In this document: in pieces, positions 51,631-61,582 of the stretch
Layout: each line of letters opens with the position of its first letter
Position numbering within the stretch: the first letter of the stretch is position 1
Source of the DNA: Vicinamibacteria bacterium
GTDB lineage: Bacteria > Acidobacteriota > Vicinamibacteria > Vicinamibacterales > JAENWD01
Length of the DNA stretch: 64,000 bases
Assembly: GCA_963806705.1 (NCBI GenBank)
Contig: CAWDZE010000012.1
Span: forward strand, 234,826 to 298,825
Direction of reading: 5' to 3'
The notes under the pieces: generated by a model
What the model saw: the letters and a program-made list of their open reading frames with translations, nothing else
The model's database searches: none
Told to the model about the DNA's origin: nothing
Program-made: the position numbers and the translations under genes

Positions 51631-51664
51631 TGCTGCAATCTGCAATCTGCAATCTGCAATTGTA
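51629..51664. repeat. Heptamer array (aatgctgc (aatctgc)x3 aattgta)
   Basis: Read directly. It starts within the gluQ stop codon (TAA, 51628-51630) and ends 10 nt before the phoD ATG. Confidence 0.95.
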
Positions 51665-51674
51665 AGATTTCCCC

Positions 51675-53213
51675 ATGAACCGCCGAGCGTTCCTTCGCAC
51701 GACCTCCTCATTACTGGCGCCTGCGGTCATGAGCCGCATACTGCAGGATGCCAACGCGCCCGCGATGCCCGGCGGCGTGCAGGTTGGCGACGTCACCGAC
51801 ACGCGCGCCATGATATGGAGCGCCACGGATCGTCCGGCGCGCATGCTCGTGGAGGTGTCGCGAGACGAGCGCTTCTCGTCACCGCGGCTGATCGAAGGGC
51901 CGGCCGCTCTTGAAGACACGCGCTTCACGGCAAAGATCGACCTCGGCGGGCTGACGCCCGGAGAGCCGGTCTTCTATCGCGTCTGGTTCGACGACCTGGA
52001 GCGTCCGGGCCTGCTGAGCGCACGGACCGTTGGTCAGTTCCGGGCCGCGCCCTCGGCCGCGCGTCCCCTCACCATGTGCTGGTCCGGCGATGTGGTCGGG
52101 CAGGGCTGGGGCATCGACGAGTCGCGCGGAGGCATGCGCCTGTACGAGACGATGGCGCGGCATTCGCCGGATCTGTTCATCCACTCCGGCGACCAGATCT
52201 ACGCTGACGGACCATTGCGGCCGGAGGTCACGCTCGACGACGGCACGGTGTGGCGAAACGTCGTGACCGACGCCAAGCAGAAAGTGGCCGAGACGCTGGA
52301 CGAGTTCCGTGGGAACTATGCGTACAACCTTCTCGACCGCCACGCGCGCGCCTTCAACAGCCAGGTGCCGATGATCGTGCAGTGGGACGATCACGAAGTG
52401 ATGAACAACTGGAGTCCCGGCACCGACCTGGCGGCTCGAGCTCCGTACGTGGAGCGCAGCATCGCGATGCTCGCGGCGCGAGCCAGGCGCGCGATGTTCG
52501 AGTACCTGCCGATCAGGTCGCATCCCGATGAGGCCGAGCGCGTCTATCGCGCCTACCAGTACGGGCCGCTTGCCGAGATCATCGTCCTGGACCAGCGGAG
52601 CTACCGCGCCGCCAACAACGGCAACCGGCAGGCGTCGGAGGGGCCCGAAACGCGGATGTTGGGTCCGGCACAAGCCGCGTGGTTCAAGCAGCGGTTGCTG
52701 GCGTCGCGGGCGACTTGGAAGGTCATCGCCAGCGACATGCCGCTTGGCCTGGTCATCGGCAACGGGCCGCGTGACGGGGTGCCGACGTTTGAAGCGTGGG
52801 CAAACGGTCCGGGTGCGCCGCTGGGGCGCGAACTGGAGTTGGCGGACATCCTCACCTTCGTCCGCAACCAGGGGATCCGCAACCTCGTCTGGGTGACCGC
52901 CGACGTGCACTACGCGGCCGCTCACTTCTACGACCCCGCCGTGGCCGAGTTCAAGGACTTCCTGCCCTTCTGGGAGTTCGTCGCCGGTCCGCTTCACGCA
53001 GGCACGTTCGCGCCCAACAGGCCTGACCCGACCTTTGGCTGCACCCAGGTCTTCAACAGTGTCCCGGCGGACCTCAAACCAAACCGTCCGCCGAGCGATG
53101 GCCTCCAATTCTTCGGGACGCTGACCATCGATCCCGCCACTCGCCGGCTGACGTCCGCGCTGTGGAATCGCGCCAACGAAAAGCTCTGGAGTGTCGTCCT
53201 CGACGCCGAATAA
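51675..53213 (+). CDS. phoD: Tat-exported alkaline phosphatase D family protein
   Basis: Tat motif NRRAFLRTTSSLLAP. PhoD-like metallophosphatase motifs: SGDQIYADG, WDDHEV, DVHYAA. Confidence 0.9.
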   Translation: MNRRAFLRTTSSLLAPAVMSRILQDANAPAMPGGVQVGDVTDTRAMIWSATDRPARMLVEVSRDERFSSPRLIEGPAALEDTRFTAKIDLGGLTPGEPVFYRVWFDDLERPGLLSARTVGQFRAAPSAARPLTMCWSGDVVGQGWGIDESRGGMRLYETMARHSPDLFIHSGDQIYADGPLRPEVTLDDGTVWRNVVTDAKQKVAETLDEFRGNYAYNLLDRHARAFNSQVPMIVQWDDHEVMNNWSPGTDLAARAPYVERSIAMLAARARRAMFEYLPIRSHPDEAERVYRAYQYGPLAEIIVLDQRSYRAANNGNRQASEGPETRMLGPAQAAWFKQRLLASRATWKVIASDMPLGLVIGNGPRDGVPTFEAWANGPGAPLGRELELADILTFVRNQGIRNLVWVTADVHYAAAHFYDPAVAEFKDFLPFWEFVAGPLHAGTFAPNRPDPTFGCTQVFNSVPADLKPNRPPSDGLQFFGTLTIDPATRRLTSALWNRANEKLWSVVLDAE

Positions 53214-53365
53214 GTGGTGAGATCCACTTTGATACAGTCGTCGTCATGCCGATGACGAATGCACATCATTGCGCGATCAGTTGACCTTCACCAGGGTCGG
53301 CCCTATCATCCTTCCACCCCATCCGTGCTTCGGTTTCCCGGGCACAGCCATGGTCAGGAGTGTTC

Positions 53366-54358
53366 ATGCGCAAGTCCGTGTTCGGCTTCATCGTTGGTGC
53401 GCTCGTAGTCATCGGCAGCCTCGCGCTGCAGCCGTCTTTGCGTCTACAGGCCGCAGGCGAACAGAAACAGGACAAGCCGTTTGTCTTCCACGGTAAGAGC
53501 TGGAAGAGCCAGGAGGCGTTCATCGATGCCGGTCTGCGCTGCGCGACCAGACAGCACGACGAGTACGAGCGCGCCCGCATTGACAACGAGGTCGGTCGCA
53601 TTCTGGCGGCCCGAGGCAATCAGAAGGGCAGGCCTGGCGGCGGCGGCGGTGGTGGTGGTAGCACCGAAAACGTCACAATCCCTGTCTACTTCCACATCAT
53701 CATGAGCACGACCGGCGAGGGCGGTGTCGCTCAGGGTGACTTGCAGCAGCAAATCAACGTGCTGAACGACGCCTACTCTGGAGTGGCTCCCGGCGGCAGC
53801 GGCGCGGATACGCGATTCACCTTCGTGCTCGCGGGCCAGACCACGACGGTCAACGACGCGTGGTTCACGATGGGCTACGGCAGCACCGCGGAGACCCAGG
53901 CCAAGAATGCCTTGCGACAAGGCGGGAAGAACGCATTGAACGTTTATACGGCGGATCTTGGAGGGGGGCTGCTGGGATGGGCGACCTTCCCCTCGAGCTA
54001 CGCGTCGGACCCGAAGGATGACGGCGTAGTCGTGCTGTACTCGTCGCTACCAGGAGGCGACGCAGTGCCCTACCACCTGGGCGACACAGCCACTCATGAA
54101 GTGGGTCACTGGCTCGGCCTCTACCACACCTTTCAGGGTGGATGTTCCAAGACCGGCGACCAGGTTGCGGACACGCCCGCGGAGCGATCGTCGGCATTCG
54201 GATGTCCCGTGAACCGCGACACGTGCGCGACTGCCGGGCTCGACCCTATCCGGAATTTCATGGACTACACCGACGACGTGTGCATGTTTCAGTTCACGGC
54301 TAATCAGGCCACGCGTATGTCTGATCAGTGGAACGCCTATCGTTTCATCGCACCCTAG
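53366..54358 (+). CDS. Secreted zinc metalloprotease, M43 (pappalysin/ulilysin-like) family
   Basis: ATG at 53366 lies 5 nt after GGAG. A signal peptide is present. [13 protein letters not shown] is an HExxHxxGxxH zincin motif. A Gly8 linker is present. Confidence 0.8.
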   Translation: MRKSVFGFIVGALVVIGSLALQPSLRLQAAGEQKQDKPFVFHGKSWKSQEAFIDAGLRCATRQHDEYERARIDNEVGRILAARGNQKGRPGGGGGGGGSTENVTIPVYFHIIMSTTGEGGVAQGDLQQQINVLNDAYSGVAPGGSGADTRFTFVLAGQTTTVNDAWFTMGYGSTAETQAKNALRQGGKNALNVYTADLGGGLLGWATFPSSYASDPKDDGVVVLYSSLPGGDAVPYHLGDTATHEVGHWLGLYHTFQGGCSKTGDQVADTPAERSSAFGCPVNRDTCATAGLDPIRNFMDYTDDVCMFQFTANQATRMSDQWNAYRFIAP

Positions 54359-55497
54359 TGTCCGGACCAGTCCACTAGCGCCTTTCCGTTCGTGCACACC
54401 CACGCCGTGGCGCGCTGGCCTTTCGCCAGCGTGCCCGGCGTCACTTCGATGCGCGCCCACGCCTCGGGTGTGAACTTCTCCCTGCCGATCAAGTAGAACG
54501 CTGACGCGTCCTTCGCGCCCGGATGCGCGATGGTCACCGTCTCGGTGGTCTGCTCGTCTGTCGCGATGACGATCGTCGTCTTGCCGGTCGCGACGGTGTA
54601 TTTCGTGACTCGCCCCGTGTACGACGTCAGCTCGTCTGGCGCGCACGGCGCTTCGGCGGGCGGACGGAGACGACCGCGAGGCTGCATCGGCGCAGCCAGC
54701 ACCTCCGAAGACACGCTGATGGCGCCAAGAGCGCCGTCCTGCCGTCCGGCGTTTACCAGCATCTCGGCGCCCAGGCCCGCGAGCAGGCCGACGGCCAGCG
54801 CCCACATCGCTGCGATCGGCGTCACCTGCACCAGCGGCGCGCGCAGCAGTTCACGCAACACATAGACCAGCGCTCCGGCCGACACCGACAGCACCAGCAG
54901 CTCAAGGCCTGGCCCCACCCACGTGGTGCCGACGACGGTGCCAAAGATGCTCGGGCCGGCGGCGCACGCGCCGAGCAGCACCAGCCGACTGGCGGGCATG
55001 GGCTCACCCGCCACCGGCGCGGCCACTGCCGCGCCATAGAGCAGGTTGTGGAGCGCGAGACCCAGCGCCAGCCAGACGCCAGGGCCCATGAGCGAGGTCG
55101 CGATGGACTGGCCCACCGCAAGGCCCTCGGCAAACGTGCGCAGGCCGATGCCGACGGCCAGCATGATCGCGACGTCGAGGGCCTGGGGTTGATCGGCGCC
55201 TGGATGGCCGCGGCGCGACTCGATCCAGGCCAGACCCACCAGGCCCAGGAGCAATCCGGCCAGCAGCAGCAGGCCGCTCGAGGCAGTCGCGGCGACGTCG
55301 TCGGTGACCGCCACGAGTTCGACCGTGCCAAGGGCTTGATAGCCCACGTCGATCAGGACGAAGAGGACGAGCCCTGCGGCACCCATCGTGAGCAGCCCGC
55401 GCGCCCGCGGGCCGGGCTGCGCACGCCGGACCAGGGCCAGACCCGTACACGTGCACGCGGCCGCCAGCAGTCCAATCCAGAACGACGAGACGACCAT
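54355..55497 (-). CDS. ZIP-like divalent-metal transporter fused to a ~115-aa C-terminal soluble domain of unknown family
   Basis: Multi-TM region with ZIP-like FAEGLAVG and LHNLLYG segments. ATG 55497 is preferred as the start. The C-terminal tail ([26 protein letters not shown]...) is not recognised. Confidence 0.55.
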   Translation of the reverse strand: MVVSSFWIGLLAAACTCTGLALVRRAQPGPRARGLLTMGAAGLVLFVLIDVGYQALGTVELVAVTDDVAATASSGLLLLAGLLLGLVGLAWIESRRGHPGADQPQALDVAIMLAVGIGLRTFAEGLAVGQSIATSLMGPGVWLALGLALHNLLYGAAVAAPVAGEPMPASRLVLLGACAAGPSIFGTVVGTTWVGPGLELLVLSVSAGALVYVLRELLRAPLVQVTPIAAMWALAVGLLAGLGAEMLVNAGRQDGALGAISVSSEVLAAPMQPRGRLRPPAEAPCAPDELTSYTGRVTKYTVATGKTTIVIATDEQTTETVTIAHPGAKDASAFYLIGREKFTPEAWARIEVTPGTLAKGQRATAWVCTNGKALVDWSGH

Positions 55498-55970
55498 GGG
55501 CTCGAACGCTATGGTGCGTGCGCACAAGTGTCAAGAACGCGCACACAGGTTGTCGTGTGCAACCTGACGAAACTGGTCCGACATCGGTCAGTAAATGGTC
55601 GAGCTGGTTGACGCATTTTTTTGGACGACCACGTCCTGCCGCCACGGCAGATTGGTACCCGATCGGCGTCGATCTGGCCCAAGCGTCTTACTTTTCCGTC
55701 ACGGCCATCGATCCATTGCGCCCAAGTGCGATACGACTAATTGGAATCGTCTGAATCATGTGGCGAACTGCCGGAAACCGTATGTGAACTCGGACGAAAT
55801 CCATTGACTTCTGCCCCAAACGGGGCGTATCTACTCAGCGTTCCTTCCGTTCACCCCTCCGCCACACCGAAGTTCGTCCCCGGTTACGGCGTGGTGGGAG
55901 GTTGGGCCGCACGCCCGTGGCCCTTGTTGTGAGCTACCCGGTGGCCGAGTGCCCCGGATGGAGGTGGGTG

Positions 55971-58900
55971 GTGAGCTTGCGAAGGGCTTGGACACGACTC
56001 TCCGCGCTTCTTGCTGTTCTCTTCCTGTCTTTTTCTCACGCCAACCTTAGTGATGGCCCAGGTCGCCGGGACAGCCGCGCTGACCGGTGCGGTTACCGAT
56101 CCTTCGGGTGCCATCGTCGTCGGCGCTGACGTGACCGTGACCAACCTGGCGACCGGTGCCAAGCGTTCGGCCACGACCGATTCAACCGGGAAGTATCTGA
56201 TTTCGCAGGTGCAGCCAGGTGACTATCGCGTGGACGTCACAGCGACCGGCTTCAAGACCGCAGCCCGGCCACGGGTCGAATTGCCCATCGGTATCACCAG
56301 CACCATGGATGTCCTGCTGGAATTGGGAGAGCTCGCCGAAGTGGTCGAAGTGCAGGCCTTCACCGCTGGCGTGAACACGAACGACGCCAGCATGGGCGCG
56401 CCACTCACCGGCGCAGAGATCCGCGCACTGCCTTCGCTCGACCTCAACCCCGCCGGTCTGCTCAGCCTGCAGGCTGGTGTCGCGTTTGTCCCCAGCGCGG
56501 CGGATACGCCAGGTGGCTACGGAGGTGTGTCGGATTTTGACGGTCGCAGCGGCGCTGTCAATGGCGCGCGCAGCGATCAGACCAACATCACCCTGGATGG
56601 CGTGGACTGCAACGACCCGATCAGCGGTTATGCCTTCACTTGCGTGCTCCGCGCTACGCAGGGCTCACTTGCCGAGTTCCGCACGACTACCACGAACTAT
56701 GGCGCCGAGGCGGGCGGGCGGTCGGGGGCGGCGCAGGTGCAGCTGATCACCATTTCCGGCGAGAACTCTCTCCACGGCAGCGGTTACTATGCCCACCGCA
56801 ACGAGAGGCTGAACGCCAACGATTTTTTCCTCAACAAGAGTGGCGTCGACGAGCCCCCGTTCCGCCGGCATATTTATGGCGGCGCGCTCGGCGGGCCGAT
56901 CATGAAGAACCGGCTGTTCTTCTTCGGCAACGTGGAGCGCATGGAGGAAAGCCTGTTCAAATCGGCCGTCCGCAGCGTTCCGAGTTTGTCGTTCCGGGAT
57001 GGAGTGATGATTTACCGACTGCGACGATCAGGATGGATTTGCGCCGTGCCCGACCTCGCCGACCAGCGTGACCGGGGTCAGCGGAACCGCCTACACGGTT
57101 CCCGCGGGCAGCTACGGTCTCAGCCCGGCACAGATTGCGGCTATCGATCCCCTCGGAGTTGGGCCAAACGCGGCGCTGCTTCAGGTACCTGGAAGCAGTA
57201 TCCGACGGATATCAATGACTCCAGCGTCGGCGACGGCGTCAACGTTGTCGGCCACCGCTTCGCCGCTCCCATCGACAACCTTTTCAATACCTATATCGGC
57301 AAACTCAACTTCAACGCGGGCAGCAATCACGCCTTGTTCGTGCGTGGCACGCTGCAGGACGACACGGTTGCCCAGGAACCGGCGTTCCTCGGCGGCGATC
57401 CAATACGGACCACGGAGACGGGCAACCGCGGAATGGCGGCCGGCCACACCTGGGTAGTGAACTCGAGCCTGGTCAACAACTTCCGCTATGGATACACGCG
57501 CATCAAGTTGGACAATGTGGGCGTCAGAAACGCGGAATACTCCAATGTCCGCTTCATTGATGAACTCAATGGGTTCGACCAGACGGCCTCGAGCCTGATC
57601 CGGAGCACGCCAACCAACCACTTCCGGGACGACCTCACCTGGACGCGCGGCGCACACACCTTTTCGATGGGGGGCGAAGCGCGCTTTGTTCGCAACGACC
57701 GGTCGAGCGATGCGCTCGCATTTCACGGCTTCACAGTAAATCCTTCGTGGTTGGCGGATGGAGGCCGCAGCATCGAACCGGGGCAAGAGAACTGCGACCG
57801 TCCCGGTTGCTTTGCCGTCCCCGCGAGTGCCGGCGTCAACTTCCGCGACCGGCTCACTCTGATGCTCGGCCCCATCTACGCAGGTGGATGCCTCTTACAA
57901 CTTCAACGCACAAGGCGAGACCCTGGCTTCGGGCGCGACCGTGCCGCGACGCTTTGCCGCCAACGAATACGAGGCTTACTTCCAGGATCAGTGGCGCATT
58001 CACCCGTCCCTGACCCTGAATCTCGGGCTGCGGTACACGAATGCCACTCCGCCGTGGGAGACAAACGGCAACCAGGTCATTCCTGTTCCCGTGAATTCCA
58101 GTCTCAACGGGAGCTTCGGGGCGTGGTTCCAGTGCCGGGATCAGATGATGCGGGCGGGGCGTCCGACGGCCGACTGCGGCTTGATCGAAATGCAACTCGG
58201 TGGAGCGGCCAACGACGGCCGGCCGTACTACGACCGCGACAACAACAACTTCTCGCCGCGCATCGCTGCCGCCTGGGCGCCGGGCGACGGCAAGTTGGCG
58301 ATTCGCGGAGGGTATTCCCTGGTGTACGACCGGATGGGCATGGCGCTGGTGAATTCCTTCGACGAGGTGGGAGCTTTTGGCCTGTCCACGAGCATCTCCA
58401 GCCCACTTGGCGGATGCGACATCGGCGCAACCGACGCCGCCGAGCCCTGCGTCCGGTGGAGCGGCCCTTCCGATACGGCTGGCGCGGCAAATAACGTCTT
58501 GAGCAACGGGGACGCGCAGTTGGCGCCCTCGCCTGGCGCGACCTTCCCCTCCGTGCCGCCGTTGGGCCTCGGCAGCGTGGTCTCGAACGGCTTGGACGAC
58601 ACAATCCGAAACTCGCGTGCTCACACGTTCGACTTCTCGATTTCTCGTGAGTTTGCGGGCGGAATCACCGTGGAGGCGGGTTACGTGGGCCGGCGCGGCC
58701 GAGGTCTGCCGCTTCTCCGCGACTTTGCCACGGCCGCCGACGTCTGCGATCCCAAATCGGGCGTTTGCGGATTCGCAGCGGCTCGCGAGCTCGTCAGGCT
58801 CTCGGATGCGGGCCAGCCGCTGGAAACGCTGGGGCCCATCGCATACTGGGAAAATATGTTTCCTGATTTCGGTCCCGACGGACCCAATGGCGGATGCCTT

Positions 58901-59967
58901 CGGTACGGGCAGTTGGGCGCGCGGCTGCGGCTACTCCGCCACTCAGGTCGTGTACGACTACATGATCGGCTATCACGGCACGGCGGACACGGGTTCCGGC
59001 TTCGGCACCTCCACCGTCTGGCAGGACGTTGACTTCTATCAGTACCCGGGGTTCTCGAGTCTCGGCCAATACACGTTCTTCCCGGCGCAGTATGTGGCCT
59101 TGAACACGTGGAGCACGATCGGCCGCTCCGAATACCATGCGATGCAGTTGACCGTGCGAAAGCGCATGAGCAAAGGATTGGCCTATACCATCAACTACAC
59201 CCTCTCGAAGTCGGAGGACCACTCCTCTACACCGGAGCGCCAGGACCCGACCGGAGGGTTCTTCACCGGTGGCTATACGGGGACCGCTATAAACGCGTGG
59301 GAGCCCGACCTGGAGTACTCGGTACTCTGATTTCGATATGCGCCACCAGTTGAACGCGTACGTCACCTGGCAGCTTCCTTTCGGGCGGGGTCAGCGCTGG
59401 GGTTCGGGGGCGAACGGTTTCGTCAATTCGCTCATCGGCGGTTGGCAGGTCTCCAGCGTGGTGCGCTTCAACAGCGGGCTGCCGGCCAATGCGATCAACG
59501 GTCGAACCTGGCCGACCAACTGGAACCTGCAGGGCAATGCGACCTGCGCTCCGGCCAGAGAGGGACTCAACTTCGGCCTGGAGAACGGGCCGTGCCCGGC
59601 CACCCACACCACAAACGGTGCCACCAACGAAGGCGCGAGCGAAGCCAATCCAAACATCTTTGCCGATCCGGACGAGGCTATAAAGGGCTTCCGGTTTTCG
59701 GCGATGGGAGAACGCGGTCAGCGCAATGTCCTGCGTGGCGATAGTTATGCGTCGGTGGATATGGCCTTCACCAAGGCTTTCGACATGTTCTACTCCGAGG
59801 CTCACAAATTGGCGTTCCGTCTGGAGATCTTCAATCTGACCAACACGCCATACTTCGACACCGGCTCGTTGAATATGAGCCTCGAGGACCCCGCCACGTT
59901 TGGCACGTACAGCGCGATGCTGGGCGGGCCACGGCGCATGCAGGTCTCTCTGCGGTACGACTTCTAA
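55971..59967 (+). pseudogene. TonB-dependent receptor with an N-terminal CarboxypepD_reg domain, interrupted by ~6 single-nt indels
   Basis: Collinear pieces lie in ORFs 55902.., 56011..58494, 57068..57457, 57884..59032, 58617..59330 and 59338..59967. The signal peptide is restored if the T5 run at 56030-34 is T4. SDFDMRHQ and the terminal ...SLRYDF are typical. GGAGG lies 6 nt before GTG 55971. Confidence 0.8.
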
Positions 59968-59987
59968 CGACAGACTCGGTCACAGTC

Positions 59988-60026
59988 AGGGCGCGGCTTC
60001 CTTCGGGGGCCGCGCCCTTTTCTCTG
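59988..60026 (+). terminator. Rho-independent terminator of the TonB-dependent receptor gene
   Basis: agggcgcggc (59988-97) pairs with gccgcgccct (60009-18). A T-rich tract, ttttctct, follows. Confidence 0.7.
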
Positions 60027-60034
60027 GCACGACC

Positions 60035-60164
60035 AGGTTTGGACGGGTTGGGTCCAGGTGGGGTCTGGTTGATGTCGGTTGGCCAGGTTGTAAGGCGGCA
60101 ACCCGATCAACCAGCATCAACCCGACCCAACGTGACCCAACCCGACCCAACCTGACCCAACCAG
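60035..60164. repeat. Inverted pair of decamer arrays (GGTTGGGTC-type arm, then GACCCAACC-type arm)
   Basis: aggtttggac gggttgggtc caggtggggtc tggttgatgtc ggttggcc aggttg / taaggcgg / caacccgat caaccagcat caacccgac ccaacgtgac ccaacccgac ccaacctgac ccaaccagc. Confidence 0.9.
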
Positions 60165-60179
60165 CTTCCCTCTTCTACA

Positions 60180-60689
60180 ATGTGTGCCGTGTCCCCGAGC
60201 GCGGTCCGTATCGTCGGTCTCGTCCTGTCGCTGGTCTACGCAGCGGCGATCGTGCGCGTCTACGTCCGCCAGCCGGCGACGTTGCCCGAGGTCGCCGGCA
60301 GCCTGACATCGACGGTTGGCGCGTACCGCATCGACCAGGACCGTTTCGACGCCGGCCTGGCCTTTTTCCGGCGCGACCAGTTCGTCGAGGCGCGCGACGC
60401 CTTTGCGCAGGCGGACCCCGCGCGTCAGGACGCCTCGGTCCAGTTCTACCTGGCGTACGCCTATCTGCGACAGGGCTGGGGCCGCGTCTATGCCGACGAC
60501 GCGCTCTACAAGGCCGGACAGGCCACCCTCGTCCACGCGCGCAGCCTGGTCCCCAGCGGCAGCATCGTCGTCCAGGACCCGAACCTCCGGCTGCATACGA
60601 GCGAGGAACTGGCGGCCGAGTTCGAGCGCGGCCTCACGCGGGAGCTTTCGGACCTGAACCCGGTCCGGGTCTTCCGGGAGCGGCCATGA
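60180..60689 (+). CDS. Hypothetical membrane-anchored protein (single N-terminal TM helix, TPR-like helical region)
   Basis: 169-aa ORF with good GC3 bias. ATGA overlap with the next ORF. No family recognised. Confidence 0.5.
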   Translation: MCAVSPSAVRIVGLVLSLVYAAAIVRVYVRQPATLPEVAGSLTSTVGAYRIDQDRFDAGLAFFRRDQFVEARDAFAQADPARQDASVQFYLAYAYLRQGWGRVYADDALYKAGQATLVHARSLVPSGSIVVQDPNLRLHTSEELAAEFERGLTRELSDLNPVRVFRERP

Positions 60690-61582
60690 GCCAGACGCTG
60701 TTGCCACTGCCGGTCGACCCGCCCACGCCTGTCGCCCGCGAGGCGATCACCCTCCCGCTGCTGTTCCTCACTGTCAGCGCGCTCGGTGGCGTTCGCGTCG
60801 CGCAGGGCGGCTCGCTGGCGCTGGTGCCGCCGTCGCTGATGTCGCTGATCCTGGCGACGGTGCTGTTGGGTGCGCTTGTACGATCGCGCGCCCTGGTGCC
60901 GGGCCGTCTCGTGAACGACCGGCGCAAGCCGCTCGAGAACAGCTCCGGCGTCGTCGTGCTGGTCTCGCTGCTGGCCGCCAGCGCCCAGGTCTTCTCGCTC
61001 GTCACGCCGGCCACGGGGCTGCTGGCGTTCGTGTTCACGACGTTCTTCATCCTGTTGCTGTGGAACACGCTGGCGGTCCAGCCGGACCGCCGGCAGCTGC
61101 TGCGCAGCCTGCTGGTCGTGTTTGGCGGGGCGTTCGTGTTGAAGTTCGTGGTGCTGGCGGCGCTCTACGAACCGCAGGGCGGCCTGCTGCGCCGGGTGAT
61201 GCTCACGCTGCTCGAGGGCGTCTCGCTGGGCACGCTCGGCTTTGTGCCGGACGGCGCGGCGACGGGGTATCTGGCGTTTGTGACGCTGGGGTTGTACTTC
61301 GTGGCGCTGGTGCTGTTGCCGGGACGACGAACGAGGCGCGCTTGCACCCCGCGTGCGTGCAGCCGGACGGTGGCACACATCGCCAACCATCGGCGGAACT
61401 CGGCGGGGCGCGCAAGCGCGCCCTACATGCGCCCTTTGCCTTCGACGATCTTCACAAACGACTTCGCGGGCACGTTCTTGATCGTCTCCCTGCCGCCGCC
61501 CGGCCATTCGACCTCGATCGACGTGGCCTCGGTGTCTCTGCCGAGACCAAATGTCACCGCAAGATCGCTCTGCGAGCAGTAG
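60686..61582 (+). CDS. Hypothetical polytopic membrane protein (about 6 TM helices); 3' end uncertain
   Basis: ATG at 60686 within ORF 59900..61582. The hydrophobic helices end near LVLLPG (~61320). The remaining reading overlaps the convergent CRTAC1-like gene by ~160 nt and is probably not authentic. Confidence 0.45.
   Translation: MSQTLLPLPVDPPTPVAREAITLPLLFLTVSALGGVRVAQGGSLALVPPSLMSLILATVLLGALVRSRALVPGRLVNDRRKPLENSSGVVVLVSLLAASAQVFSLVTPATGLLAFVFTTFFILLLWNTLAVQPDRRQLLRSLLVVFGGAFVLKFVVLAALYEPQGGLLRRVMLTLLEGVSLGTLGFVPDGAATGYLAFVTLGLYFVALVLLPGRRTRRACTPRACSRTVAHIANHRRNSAGRASAPYMRPLPSTIFTNDFAGTFLIVSLPPPGHSTSIDVASVSLPRPNVTARSLCEQ

Noticed and set aside
55528-55970. A cobalamin or other known riboswitch upstream of the TonB-dependent receptor.
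   Set aside because: I could not find a B12-box-like core or any other riboswitch signature I recognise by eye. A covariance-model scan is required before making any such claim.
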